Shown: piece after piece, positions 25,705 to 39,379 of the stretch
Position numbering within the stretch: the stretch's first letter is position 1
How the letters are laid out: each line of letters opens with the position of its first letter
From: Amoebophrya sp. A120
Lineage: Eukaryota > Protista > Dinoflagellata
DNA: 64,000 bases
Direction of reading: 5' to 3'
Assembly: GCA_905178155.1 (NCBI GenBank)
Contig: CAJINV010000001.1
Location: 124,001-188,000 of the forward strand
The notes under the pieces: model-generated
Databases searched by the model: none
Told to the model about the DNA's origin: nothing
Seen by the model: only the letters and a program-made list of their open reading frames with translations
Position numbers and translations under genes: made by a program

Positions 25705-26120
25705 TCCGAGAATTCCCGGGAACTTGTGCAACTCGTGCAACTTTTGCGCGTTTTTGTTGCGAATCACGATGGTGCGGCCGAGTTGCACGGCGAGTTGCAC
25801 GGTGCAACTCGCCGTGCAACTTTCACAACATTCCGCGCCGAACCAGGACGGTATGGGCCTTCCAAGATGTCCCGGAAACAAACCTGCGCAACTCGTGCAA
25901 CTTTTGCACGTTTTGCCTTGCGAATCGCGATGGTATGGCCCGAGTTGCGCGGCAAGTTGCACGGTGCAACCCGCCGCGCAACTATCCCAACACTTTGTGC
26001 CGAACCGGGGCAGTATGCATGGGCCTTCCGAGATGTCCCGGAAACGTGTGCAACTCGTGCAACTTTTGCACGTTTTGCCTTGCGAATCGCGATGGTATGG
26101 CCCGAGTTGCACGGCAAGTC
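25705..26120. repeat. About 2.5 tandem copies of a roughly 160-170-bp unit
   Basis: Repeated gcaactcgtgcaacttttgc.cgtttt..tgcgaatc.cgatggt..ggc.cgagttgc at about 25728, 25888 and 26050. Confidence 0.9.
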
Positions 26121-26278
26121 GTGCGGCATGTCGCCCGCTGGCGCATGTGGGCAGTATTTCCGGCGCGCCCACGCTGCTGCGCGTGGGCGCATGTGCGGGC
26201 GGTGTCCATCTTGGCGCGCGGCGGCGCATGTTGGCGAATTGTCGCGCCGACGCTGGTCAAGTGCTGGCTTGGTTGTGT

Positions 26279-26488
26279 GGTTGTCAATACGCCAGAAAAT
26301 TTTTACACCTTTCAGACAGAAGTTTAAGTTAAAGCTTTCGAATTAGGGGAGCGAGGTCGATATCAGAACAGGCCGGTCTTCAAGGTGAAAAACTATTTAC
26401 GCCACCTCTTCAAGCCGGTCTTCAAGGTGAAAAACTATTTACACCACCTCTTCACGACAGCGGTGGCTTCTTTCGCGTATTGACAACC
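26279..26488. repeat. 14-bp inverted repeat enclosing a 42-bp-period tandem duplication
   Basis: ggttgtcaatacgc (26279) / gcgtattgacaacc (26475); gccggtcttcaaggtgaaaaactatttac.ccacctcttca twice (26372-26454). Confidence 0.85.
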
Positions 26489-26989
26489 AAAACAACGAGC
26501 AGGCGCATTCCACGAGCACACAAGTCAAGCGGTCTTCCTAACCAACGCGCACACTAGTCACAGCCCATTACGGCTGTTGCCCCTAATTCTTGCAGAGGCC
26601 CCCCGCTCGCGCAGGCCGCCCCTGCCGATCACCTCGGCACGCGCGGGCAGCACTTCCACGTCGGCGTCCGCAAACAGCGCGTCAACGTGCCCAACTCTGT
26701 GCCCGCCGTCCCAAGTCACCGCCGCCCTGTGTTCCGGCGTTATGCGCGGGCCTTTGCGTACGTCTGCCCTGCTCCCGGCCGCGTACTTGTGGTTGACACC
26801 GCGCGCGCGGAGGCCTATGCGGCGCTAGCTACTAGCTCACTTCGGCCGCGTATTTGCGGTTGACCCTGCGCAGAGGCCTAGACGGCGCTGCTGGTTCACT
26901 TCAGCCGCACGGGCTCCATGAATGTGTTGCGGCTTGGGACGAAAGGGCACCGCGGCAAGCTCCCTGCCTGCGGCAGAGGGGCCGACTGC

Positions 26990-27660
26990 GCGGCGGGCCC
27001 CCGCTGCGTTTCCCCTGTTGCGGGCGCGGAGCGATGTACGCGACGAGAGCCCTTGCATGCGAGTGGGAAAGGAAGGCGGAGGACCCCGAACAACACGGGG
27101 GCCCCCCAGGACCAGGTGAAAAAGGTGGGGGGGCCCCCTTGGGCACCGCTGGTACAGGCAGGGGGCCCCCCGCGCGCGGGACAGAAAGGCGGGGGGCCCC
27201 CTTGGGTAGCAAAGGCGGAGGCCGGGGGCCCCCCGCGCGCGGGAGAGAAAGGCGGGGGGCCCCCTTGGGTGCCCCCGGCCTCCAAAGGTGGAGGCCGGGG
27301 GCCCCCTGCGGGCGGGAGGGATTTACCGCGGAGAAGGATGGGGGCCCCCCCGGCCTCCGGCGGGCGGCCCGGCCGGGAGAAGGGCGGGGGCCCCCTGCGG
27401 AGGCGGAAGCGCGGGGGCCCCCTGCGGACGCGGGGTGCCCAGCGGGCGGTAAGGCGGGAGGCGGGGGCCCCCCGTTTCACCAGGCAGGCGGCCCGGGAGA
27501 AGGGCGGGGGCCCCCTGTGGAGGCGGAAGGGCGGGGGCCCCCTGCGGACGCGGGATACGCAGCGGGTGAGGTGGAGGCGGAAGCGCGGGGGCCCCCTGCG
27601 GAGGCGGGATGCCCAGCGGGCGAGAGGGTGGGAGGTGGGGCCCCCTGCTTTCCCCGATGG
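26990..27660. repeat. GC-rich minisatellite of GGGG(G)CCCC(C) palindromes
   Basis: More than 15 GnCn palindromes spaced about 20-45 bp. Confidence 0.9.
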
Positions 27661-28689
27661 CATGCGCGACACAAAAATGGCAGCCCTCATCGTAGCATCG
27701 TGATTAAAAATCTAGGCCTCAGCACGTACCGGTCTCACATATTAAGGTGTATGGAGATTGATTCGCAACTGCCGGGCCCACCCCTAGGCCGGCCAGGGAG
27801 GTCCCACCCAGTGAGGGAGGGAGCCACAGGACCGACCTGAAAAACCTATAACAAAGTTTTGATGTTGCATTGGTCCGAGAAATGTGTTCGTGTATCCCGG
27901 CAAGAAATTGGTCTCGCCGTCGGGTGGCGGTATGGTGAGTGTTCGTGAAGCTACAGCGGGAGAGTCCCGCGAGATCGTGCGCCCACCAGCACACATGCAA
28001 CACCATGAGATCAGATCATGCGAACAAGGACCCTCTTGTGCGTATGTGTGTCGTGTGCGGCGTTTTTCCTCTCGTCTCGCGAGCATTCGCGTGCTGCAGC
28101 CGCCGACCAATACGGGATCGCGACTATTCCGCCTCGCCATGGGCGTTGGGGGCCGCCGGCATGGAGCGGGCGTCCTCGGGAAGCACCTCCCTGAGCATGA
28201 CCACAACCCACGATAATAGGATAGGATATGGCATTGCAATGTCGTCCTAAACCCCCCCAATGTATGCAGGTCCCAAGCTCTTACAAGGGAAAACGGGTAA
28301 TTGAAACGGGATAGCGACTTTTCCAAAACTTTTACTTTGACTTTTGGCAAAATCGCTATTTTGATCGTCGGCAATCCATGCTTTGCGAAAATTGTTTGGA
28401 CCGTGCTGCCTGTTGCTGGTAAGTCCGCACTTTGGGAGTGGCAGAGCATGAAAGGGCGGCACCTCTTCGCCGCGGCGTGTGCCCGCCAGCTGCCTGCCAT
28501 TTTGATCGACGCCTCCAAGCAGGCTGCGGGAAATGCCACCCGCCGCGCATCGGACGGGCAGCGCCTCCGTGGTCGGTTGTTCGCGATTATTCGCGAGCGC
28601 TGTGGGGCCCTGTGCGCATTTTGTGCACCTTTTGAAGTGGTGCGCGGGCGCTGGCCTTTGGCCTTTCAGTATTCGCCCGGATGTTGATC

Positions 28690-31600
28690 GCCGCCTCGCG
28701 CTTCGGAAATGCCGGGGCGCGTCGGCCCTCTTCGCCCTGAGCGCCTTTTAAATAAGCAATGGCACTGGCTGCCACTGCCAGGGCCCGAATGCGAATGGGC
28801 GCGCCGCCCCGCCGCGGTGTCTTGGATGGCACGCCGGCCGCGCGCTGTCCGACGTACCTTCGGCCCCCTACATTCTGGCCCGCCGCTTGCCCATTCTTAC
28901 AAAATAGAGGCCGTCGCGCCCCGGCCGTCTGTTTCCTGCCCGCCTTTCCGCGGTTACGCGACGCGGCCGAAGCGTGCGCCAAAGGCGCCCCCCTTTTGCA
29001 ACCAACGGGCAGAGGCGGCTCCTCCGCTCGTCTCGCTAGCGGTGGCAGAAGTGTCAAGGGCCTGCGGTCGGGGGGCCACCCCGATGGCCGGCGCGTGATG
29101 TGGGTCTGTGGCGCGCTGTGGTGGCGCCACCTGTCTATTTCGGTTGCCCGTCTATTCTGCTTCGCCTGCTTGAACGAGAGAAGCAAAGAGGCAGCATACC
29201 ATGCGGTCCGACGTCGGACCGCATGGTATGGCGCGCGATGGTGGGCCGGCCTCTCGCGCCAGGCCGTCCGTGCGTGCGGCATGCATCGCGATGTGGGGCC
29301 GACCCCCCCCGGTTGGGTGGGCTTCCCCGGCGGGGTGTTCTTTGGTTCAGGAAATGGATAACGCAACTCCCCCGGGTGGCCCGCCCCACAAGCGAGCCGG
29401 CGGGCGGGGCCCCGTGGCCCCTCTGGTATGTTGCCCTCCAGCACGAGCCTGTGTGCCTGGGTGGTTTGCCTTCTCTTGTAAGATGTACCGCAGCGACCCC
29501 GTGAGCCGGCTCTATCTCTGCAGCTTTCCTGACAAGAACCGCCAAAAACGGCCGGGGGCTTGGGGCGTTGGCTCGCATTTTTTCGCATGTTGAAGATGAA
29601 AAAAACCCAAGCGCGCCCGCCTGTTTGGTTTTGTCTTCAATGAATGCAGTCGCCGGTGGGCTCAGTCGGCCGCCGGTGGAAAGACTGTCTGAAAAAATGA
29701 CGTAGGGGGGTCGGCAAACGTGGCACCCTTCTCAGGCGCCGGCCGCGTGGGATTCTGGCGCGCGACTTGGGGCGCCCAAAAGGGCGCCCCAAAAAACCCG
29801 CCCGAAGCCAGAACAGCGAAGCCGTAAGTATGGCAGGGCCGCGAAACCGGTCGCGAATCGAAAGCGGCCGCCCTTTTGCCGGGTTCTCAGCGGGGGGGCG
29901 CTAGCTTTGCAAAAGGCGCGGGCGCGAAAAATAACACACAACGCAAAAAAGAAGAAACGCGCCAAGCGCGCGAAGCCAGCCCGCATTCTATGGGCCCGCT
30001 TTTCCCTCGGTTTTTGGGCGCCCCCCGCGGTGCCCGGGCCGGCCCGATAGCATCGGGGTTGGCTTTCGGGAAGGCGTTTTGGCAAGTTGCCCAACGTCTG
30101 CCATTTTCCCCAACCGGCCGCCATACCGTGCGGCATAACCTTACCCACCCCGGCACGGCGGGCCCAGAAAAAGCAAAAAAGTGGTGTGGGCCAAGGTCGG
30201 CGGGCAAAGAAGCGGCGCCGGCCTCATTATCTCCGCCCCGGCGGCCATATTTGGCGCATTGAAGTAGGCGCGCAGCACGCCGCGCGGGCGGCCCGGCCTC
30301 GCACGTTCGGGCCGCATGGCGTGGCGCGCTACGCTTCGGTGGAGCTGCCCGCGCCTCACGTTTTGGCTCGGCGCCTTTCTTTGGGCGCTAGCTAGAGGCC
30401 GTCCGGCCTGCCCCTTTCTCTTTCATATTCGCCGCCCCCCCGCACTTACATACAAAGCGCCGAGACCATGCCGCCGCTCCCGAGTGCTCCGCCTCGGTCG
30501 CGGCGGCCTTGCGCGGCCGGCTTTTCGCGAGTAGAAAGGGCGCCGGCGCAGCAGGGGCGCGCGCGGGGCGCCACTCACATGCTGCCCCGCCGGCGCGCGC
30601 AATAAGTTCGCCCAGGAGGCTCTGTCCCCATTTTCGGGGAGACCGCCTCAGCCATGTAGAAAAGGGGGGGGGCAGCAGGATTCTTCGCAAGCCTGGCGGA
30701 TGCGCAAGCCTTCAGGCTTTTCGGCTTTTGAGGGCGCGGCGAAGTCTTCTGCTTGAGTGCCGAAAACTTGCCGAAAACTTTCCCCCGAACTTTCCCGAAA
30801 CTTTCCCGCTTCGGGATCATTTTCGGACTCGAAAACTTTTGGCTGACTTTTCAACTCCCGGTCTGTAACTTTTGGTCGACTTTTCAACGGGAGAATTTTT
30901 CGGGAAGGTTTCGCGGAAGGCTTTCGCCGACTTTTCGGGAAAGTTCGGGGGAAAGTTTTCGGCAAGTTCTCGGCAAAGTTTCCGGCAGAGTTTTCGGTAG
31001 AGGGGCGGAAAAGTTTCGCCGCCCGGCGCCTGCCCTTTGTTCCTGCCCGCCAGCCGGGCCGCCCTCGGGCGGCTGCCTTGCGCCCGAAAAGAGGCAGGCA
31101 CAGCCCCCCGGCAGGCACGCCTGCGGTTATTGCGCACGTAGCCAGGCAAGCGGCCGGCCCCGCCCCGGCGGGCGGCCGGCGCTACGTTGTCGCATGCGCC
31201 ACCGGGCAGCGGATTCACGCCCCGGGGGCGCCGGTGCGCGTGTAGCTTGCTGCGAACCAAGAGAGGGCGCCCGGGCTTCGGCGGTTGCTACCGACCCCCT
31301 GAACTTGGTTGGCGCGTTGCGCCGTTCGGGGCGCGTGCGGGGCATGCGCTCCGCGTACTCCACACTTGCGGCGGCCGGCGGGCTCTTGGGGGCCCGGGCG
31401 CCGCTGGGGTTGGCGTCGGTTTGCCCAAACCCATAGACGGAAGGAACACCCGGCCCGGCCGCGCCAGTCCTTCGCCCCCCCCGCCCGCGACCGACCTAGA
31501 CCGGGGCCACAGTGTGCCGGCCGGCAACAGCCGCGCGGGCGTGGCGCCTCCCTGCGCACTGCTGAGCCCGGGCGGGGGAGGCGTGTTATTGGGGCGCCGA

Positions 31601-33250
31601 AGCGATTCCGCCGCATCCGCCAGGCGCCAGCCGGCCGGGGCCGGCCTGTCTGGGGGCCTCCCGCCCTCTGATATGGGGGCGCGCCTGCATGTTGGGCCCC
31701 GCCGGCCTGCCTGCGCGCCTGGAATACCGGGCGGCGCCGCCGCGGGTCTACTTCCTACGTGCCGGCGGCCCGATTGCCACCCGTCGTTCGTCTCGCCCTT
31801 CGCTCGCCCTGCGCCCCACCCTGTGGGCCGGGATTGGGCGATCTGTTTCGTCTCTATCTGGTCAGCCGGGGCCTGTGCGTTTGCTGTTTTGCTTTTCCGA
31901 CAAGCATACCGTGCGGTCCGACGTCGGACCGCATGGCACGCTCGACACCGTTTCGGGCGGGGCGAGCCATGTTGGGGCGCCGGGCGATGTGGTTGGTGCA
32001 CGGGCGGAACTGCGCCCCTGCGTGCGACGTAGGGGAGGGGACGTCGTGGGGGCTTAGTTACCCTCGGGGCCTGTTTGCTTGCTACGTGTGGGGCTGTCGG
32101 ACGGTAAGCCGCTGCTGCGTGTGCCCAGCGTGCCAAATATAGCCTCCGTGGCGGAGGTGGTGAGGTCGGTGCCGCTGGCTGCCTTGCCCGCCCGCCGGCC
32201 GTTGCCCTGGCCAGCCACTGTGTCTTTTTTCTGGGCCCCCCGTGCCGCTTTTGGTATGGCCATGCCGCGTGGCTTGGCCGTCTTTTGGAAAGCATGGTAG
32301 TTCTTTGCCAAATTTTCAGAACCCCTGTCCGAAAGCTAGCCCTGGCGGTATGGGGCCGATCCGGGCGCCGCGGTGGAGCGCCCTGAAACCGAAGGCAAAC
32401 CGGTCCCATGGCATGGGGATTGGCCTCGCGCGCTTGGCGCGCTTTTGCTTTTCTGTGTTTTTTCTTTGCGCGCCGGCACCCTTTGCAAAGCTTCCGCCGC
32501 ATAGAAACCGGCGAAAAGGCGGCGGCCGCTTTCGCGGCCGGCCAAATGCTCCGAACGGAGCCCCGGCCCTGTCGTGCGGCTTCGCTTTTCTGATTTGCCG
32601 CGAGTTTTTTGGGGCGCTCTTTTGCGCGCCCCAAATCGCCAGAACCCCACGCGGCCGGCGCCTCAGCGGGGTGCCCCTTTTCTTTGTCGGCCCTCCTGTG
32701 TCGTTAGTATTATCAGCCGGCGACCGATAGAACCCGGCGCCGGCGGTTCGTTGAAGTCAAACAAAGCCCAACAGGCTGGCGCGCTTTGATCTTCCTCATG
32801 TGGAAAAGCGCGAAACAGCAGCACACACCGCCGGCAGCTTTTGGCCGGTGGTTGCTTTGCATTAAGAAAGCTGCCAGGGTCGGGCCGTTTCGCGGTGGCG
32901 GCCCGCCGGCGGCGGGAGGCGCGGGCGGGCGCCGCGGTTCGCGGTGTTTGTGAGGCTTGGGCGCGCGCGTTTTTTGGCGAGGGCGCGTGCTGCCCGGTGC
33001 CCGGTTGCGTCGGGTTTAGGGTCTGGCGGACCGGCCCCCTTCCCTGCGTCGGTAGCCCTCCTCCTAGTCCGTTCCCGGGTAGGCCTTCCGGGCCTGGGGG
33101 GGGGCGGGTGGGTGCGATGGGCGGTCATGGCCTTTTTCTTTAGGGCGCCCGCGCCGGCAGCCGTTGGCTGGGTGCGGTCGGCGGGTGCCCGGCGCGCGCA
33201 CGCTTCGGCGGGTTGAAAGGCGGTCGCTCGGGCTTCGCCGATCACCCGCG
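28690..33250. repeat. Large degenerate inverted duplication with central palindromic array
   Basis: About 29580-30270 is the reverse complement of about 32130-32820; 43-bp IR 30758-30800 / 30933-30975; 36-bp palindrome at 29195 with a second copy at about 31905. Confidence 0.75.
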
Positions 33251-34786
33251 GGACAAGAGGAGGCGTCGGCGCCCAAGACCTCGCAGGCGCCCCTGTTCTG
33301 TCGCTTGGAGTATCTTCGCTGCGTTTTTTCGTTCTGAGTCGCATTACCAAATCGTTTTCAATGCCCTGAAATCCTGAAAAGTCAAATGAAAAGTTTTGGA
33401 AAAGTTCGAATCGCCCGCCAATTAGCCGCTTTCCCTTGTAAAGCTCTGTGATCCTGGGGTGGAAGTTGGGGAAATGCCTAGGGGATCTTGATCGACTGAC
33501 AGTGACAACATTCACATTGGACACCATAAACCTAGAATAGAAATAAAGTCCTCATATATAAATTCTCGACTTTCTATTTCTCAAATTGCATTCAGATGCA
33601 AAAATTTTTGAACTTTAAAAAATCCAAGAGAATATATATTCTCATATATTTTTCTGTGAATTCGTTTTTTTTCAAATTATAGATATTCAATAATATATAT
33701 CCTGAATCCGAATCCATGTTTTTTTTTTCTTTTCGATATATAATCCCGATCTTTAATTTTTCGGTATGATATCAAATTTTTGGAGTTCGGGAATAAGAAC
33801 ACAATATTATAAATTAAAAAAGAAATTTTCAAAGAAAATATATCAATGAATATTCTGTAGTATCTGTAGGATGGATATATCTGATCGGATTTCATGTTTC
33901 CCTTTCTTTTCGATTTTCCATGATTTAGGAATTTGGAAAATTACGAAAATTATGAAAAGATTCATTTTTTTTTCAGATAATTTCCAAAAAATTTCGAAAC
34001 ATGATCTGAATACACCTCGAATTTCTTTTCCGATTTTTTTGGAAATTCTTCAAGAAAATAAAAATATCCATAATCCCATCATTCCGACATCAATCCAGAT
34101 GAGATTCTCCACTCCAAAAATTTTCAAGATCCTATTCTTCTTTTCTTTCTCGATTTGATCTCTCAATAAGATTCATTTCAATTATTGATAAAGAATTATT
34201 TCGACATTCATTCTTTACCAGAAATCGATTCCATATTTCCTAGATGATTCGAGGGAAAAAGAGATTAGAGAGAGATTCCTGGATATTATGATTTTTTCTT
34301 TCTTTTTCCTCCTTAAGATCAAACATCCATTTATGAGGGTCGATTGACCATAACCATTCAGCCCATTTAAACCATTCGCAAAAAATGAAAAGCAAAATCG
34401 TAGGGCCTTGCTCTCCGGGATCTTTTCCTGGGGGCAGGCTGGTTGCCAGTATAGACCTACTCCTCGGCGCTGCGGAGCCTGTCCTCCTCGTCTCCGAACT
34501 TCGGGGCGTGGTGTCGCGGCTTAGCGGCGGGCTCCGCGTCATGGCGCGGTAAAAGAAAAAAAATCGGCTTCGCAACTTCGCATGAATCAAATTCCGCGAG
34601 AGTTCGCAATATCGCATTCAAGAGGGAGCACAAACGTCTAGAGAGATTGTCTTCGATCGTGTGCCATTTCTGCCATGTGTCGTTTTTTCGAAAATATAAT
34701 CGCCGCACTGTCAAGTCCGACTTGCGGGACATCTCAGAAATAGGATTTCACTTTGAAGGTTAGTGCAACTATAGACTGAGGCAAAG

Positions 34787-37700
34787 ATGACGAAGACAAT
34801 CGCTGACGCCCTCAAGGACGACAAGTCCTTGCATATGTTGGGTGTGATTATGTTTGCGGCGACACTCCCTTATGCGGCTTTCGGTTCCGCGTTGTCGCTG
34901 TTGATCGGGGTGCAGATCGGGAGCATCTTTGTGCGAAGATTACGTGCGCGGAGCGTGGAAATGTTGAAGCGCTTCCACTACGACCAGCTCGACGCGCTTG
35001 TAAAAGAGCATCCTGACGCTGTAGCCGTACTACGACTGGGCCACGATGGCACCCCACTGGGTGTCACGGTAAGCTCCGGGACGGCCGCTGCCGGGCGGGT
35101 TAACCATGCAGCTGAAGTTTTCATCATGACGTGCAAGGTCAATCTGCGGGCAATCGGATCCGGAGTGAGCAACCTGATTCGCATCCCGGTAGACCTTGTT
35201 ACGATGGCGCGCAAGGCTGCGGGCGACATCTTCCCACATCTACAGCAGCTGGTGGAAAGAATTGAGCAGCGAGTTTGCCGGGGCCCCAATTCTCGGACAG
35301 TTTTTTTGGTGTACAACGTCCAAGACAGCGGTGGCGCCGGGCGACGTATGCCACGGATCTTTCAGGCCTGGGCAGGCATGGAGAAGTACCGCCTGTCTCC
35401 CTACACTGCTGCCACCACGCAGTTTTGCGGTCATCACTTCATACAGCTTGGGGTGATCGATGAAATTCATATGGCGGTGAAAAAACGCACACAAGCCTCA
35501 TTTTCGGATTTGTCATGCATATAGTAGCACTTATTCAAAATGTATCCTGTTGAGGCTTGTGTGTGTTTTATCCACTGCAGATACCGCAAGCGGTTCCCGA
35601 AGAAAGACGAACTGAAAAAGTGGTCGACGTCGCAATACATATTCGCAAGAAAACTTGTTTACCACAAGGCCGACCTCATGGAGGACGCGGAGCAATTTGT
35701 GGCCAAGCATTTTGCCCCGGACGGCACCGCCCCGGGGGACAGCGTCGGGGCTATCGGGAACAGCGACGCATTATTGGTCGAGGATGGGGTCGCGACTTTG
35801 TTCCACCTTTTCGGTAACGACATCCGGGTGAAGGGGCTCGGGGCCGACGACGCAGAACCACCCAGCGTTGCCACATTGGTGCGGTGGTCAGAAGACCGAA
35901 AAAAGGTGATAGCAGGAACCCAGAAGGATGCGTGCGCAGCATATGAAGCCGTTCTCTCCAAGATACATGTGGGCACCGAAACGCGCTGGTTGACGTTGGG
36001 GCGGTCAAGCGGCCTGATGGTTTTGCTGGACCTCCTCGGCGGCCGCCACCTGGTCAAGCAGAAGCAGGCCGGCTTTCGGAAAGGACTTGTCTCTGGTTGG
36101 GCAGGTGTAATCGACAGGGACATGGTCCTGGTCGCTCTGGTTTGTCGGCCAGCGGACGCGGCGATGGTCAGCTCGCTCGAGGCGCCGGGGCTGAAACCGG
36201 GCGAAACACTGCGGCAACGGGTTCAGGCGATTTGCGCGGTGGCCTGGCACGAAGTGCATCTCATCCTCGGCAAGCTCGGGGCGATCGGGGGTAAGGTTGA
36301 CACGCAGAACGCCGCCGGAGGCGTGGCCCGGGTCGCAATGAGGATCTACCAGCGGCTGCTGCAGGTGGACCCGGATGGAATTTTGTTCCCGTTTTTGGAC
36401 ATCGTCAACGAGACGACGTTACGCCTTTGTGCAAGTGCCGCACTATTACGTACTGCAGCATTATGTCATGCAGGATAAGAAGCTGAGTTTGTATCCTTAC
36501 CGCAGGTAGAGCGTCAGCTTTGTCATGCTGTTTAGCAGTTAGGGGTAGTGCGGTGCTTTTCCATGTAATACATGCGCCCCAGGGCGCTCGAGAAGTTCCG
36601 AAAGATGGAGCTGCAAAACGGGTGGGACAACCTTCAACTCCTGCCGGAGGCAACACTGGTCGACCTTGCCACTGCTTTGGCGGAGCTCTTCACCATAGGC
36701 ACGAAGGAAGAAGAGTCGGGCCATGCCATCGCCAGCAAAAAAGTTGGTCTGCACAGCCACAGGCGGACCATCGAGGGCCTCAGCCAGGAGTGCCTGATAC
36801 CACGCTACGCCAAAGAGCTCCAGAGCAAGGAGGTCGGCGCGCTTTTGACAAAACTAAAGAAAAAACGGGCGCCGAAGCGGGCCGGGCCCTATCAGCGGTT
36901 TTGCGGCGCATACATCCAGGAGGAGCTTGGAAAGGCGACGGCGAAAAGTCCAGAACTCTTGGGGAAGGAGCACGGCGAAGCCCGGCGCAAGCTGGCGCGC
37001 GAAGCGTTCTCCGCAGCAGCTGCGAAGTGGAAGGAGCAAAAACTGAAACGGGGCCCGCAGCCCGATCTGCAATGCCCCAAGCGGAGGAAAGTAGACGTGG
37101 GCTGCCCAGCAGGGGCCGGGGATGTGGAATTGCAGACTCCGGGCGGTGGCGAGGTGGCAGTGCGGGACGCAGGTTTTGAGACAATAGACATCCCGGGCAT
37201 CGGTATGGTTTACCTGCAGGAGCCAACCGCGAATCAACCCCACACTCCGGCAGCGGAAGGCACTTCTGCCCGGGCGGCTGGTGAAGCGGGAGGGGCGGGG
37301 CGTGCAGTAGTCGACGTGGGGGCAACGGCCTCCGAGCTCCCGAAGCTGCCATTGTCCCTGGATGTGATGCGGGAGTATTGGACCACCAGCGATGAACAAA
37401 TAACGCAGGACAGGAAGATACACTGTGGAAAAGTATTGCTTTCGTGCAAGTGCATTATGGCAAGACAGATCGACGCTTGCATTCCGTATTTGTGTTGCAG
37501 ATCCTGTTGGCCAGATTTCGTCTAAGCTGCGGCTTGAGTTGCAAGGAGGGGCATTCTTGAAAGGCGTGAAGCATTTGCATTGCAAAAAGTTAGGCAGTAG
37601 CAACGCACCCCGCAACAGCTTATCTGGGCGTGGTGTGTGAGATGTGATATCCTGGCGCAGGATAGGGCCGTGAGCTGTCTTGCAAGAATGCAACTTGCAT

Positions 37701-39169
37701 GAAGGCGATATTTTTCCACTGGATATTTTGCTGCGTGCACGGCGCCACCGTCCTGGGATGGCACACCCATCGAGACTGCGTTTTGGAAGTACAAACCGAA
37801 GCCGGTGCCGCCGATATCCAACCTGGAGAAGCGGGTCCTTTTTGCGGAGGATAAACAGGCGGTGTTTCATCTACGAGGAGTGTTGTATAGTGTCCCGAAG
37901 CCGCTTGACGGGCCCGCGATTAGTTCCTCTTCCGGCGGCAGCAGCAGTGCCGCGCCCCCTGTGCCAATCCGTATGTTTGCGGTGTGCACGCGAGAAGGAC
38001 ACGCTCGCCGCGTTTCGTGCCTTCCGATGCGGCTGTTTTCCCCGTCTACAGATGCAGCCGGCATCTACGCCGGCCTGCTTCCCGCCGAAGAGTGCATCCC
38101 CATATCGTTCAAGAGCATGTTCTCGCATTTCAAGCCCGGCACGCAAACTGCTTGGTATGGAAACCTGGTCTTCAACGTCGGCTACGGGTGCTTCCGGTTT
38201 GATTTCGACGGAGCGGAAAAGGTCGCGGACCTGCCACTAACGGAGGAGCAAATCGACGTGGAGCCCGAAACGGAAACCGAGGAAGAAGAGCCCGAAAGCG
38301 ACGAAGAAATACAGGAGCTGCAGCGCTTGTTGTTGCAGCAGGAGAAGACGGTCCAGGCTTTGGCCGGCGAGGATATGGGTGGGAGACAAATCAAGAGGTC
38401 AGTCTACCAGTCAAAAAGCAGTGACGCAGCCAGCACTGCGGTGGCACCATTAAGCCTGGCGCAAAGTAGTGCGAGTGCGGCGGCGCGGCAGAATGTCCGC
38501 ACGGGGCAGAACGTTGGCGGGGCGCGGCACCGGAACGAGCCGGGCTACCAGGAGCGAGCAGAGCAGATCCACGGGCAGCTCCTCGCGGCGCGGGCGACGT
38601 TGGATGATATTCCCCGGACCGAGCTCATCGAAGATGGCTACTCGGTCCGACTCAACGGGGGATTATGGCTGAGGGCCCACACGAAAGCCGACGCCCCCGG
38701 CCACGAGCCGTGGATGCCAGTGGCCGGCCTGGTCTTCAACCACGTTGTCTGCAATGCGCCACACAGCACCCATCGGGCACTGGGGTTGGCCCTCAGCCGG
38801 CAGTTCAACATACACAAGCACGGCGGAAAAGCCATCTGCTACCACCTCGCACTCTGTTGGGCGCGGGCCGCTGCGTATGTGTGCAAGGTGGTGCCCGCCG
38901 CGGAGCTGTATCCGGAACTGCAGCAAATAGCCACCGTAGAAGACCGTGTGCGTGACATGATCGCGGAGGATGTTGAGTACTTGGAAGTAGTAACGCGGCA
39001 ACCGGACGAGGCAGAAAGACAGGAAGCCGCGGGGCGTGAGGCTGGGTTGACAAACGACGTCATCCAGCAACGCGCGACCACCGCTCTGAAGCAAGACATA
39101 GTAGCGCCTCTATCCAAATTCTTGCGCAAAAAAATCGCTGAGCACTTCAAAACCGAAAATGACAAGTAG
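34787..39169 (+). CDS. hAT-like DDE transposase with long C-terminal extension (about 1250 aa spliced; 4 exons; start uncertain)
   Basis: Motifs in hAT order: LRLGHDGT (D1), YNVQDSGG (D2), FCGHHFIQL (CxxH), GTETRWLTL (RW), TKEEESGHA (candidate E). IR-bounded introns at about 35470-35583, 36420-36570 and 37419-37725. Confidence 0.65.
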
Positions 39170-39379
39170 CCGAGCTCGAATGAGAGAACTTCTTGATGAA
39201 CAATCACAGGCGCAGCCATGTCGTTTTGACTAAATTCGGACCATTTTTCGTTGTTGCAAAATTGCGTGCTTCGGGTCGTTTTTTCGATTTCGGCCGCACC
39301 GCGCGGCGAGAGAATATGTTGAGCGAGAAAAAAAACTGCGTCTTCCACCCCCCAAAAAAAAATATAGCGCAAAGCGCGC

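Noticed and set aside
25705-26454. CRISPR-like arrays
   Set aside because: Repeats are contiguous tandem units without unique spacers; eukaryotic context and no cas genes
28000-33300. rRNA or rDNA spacer
   Set aside because: No conserved SSU/LSU/5S signature sequences seen
25391-33527. Many long overlapping ORFs in the GC island
   Set aside because: Open on all frames because of very high GC and repeats; low-complexity R/G/P/A translations with no domains
24957-33535. 9-bp inverted repeat CTAGGTTTA/TAAACCTAG at the island borders as TIRs
   Set aside because: Too short and no convincing TSD, so the island cannot be called a transposon on this alone
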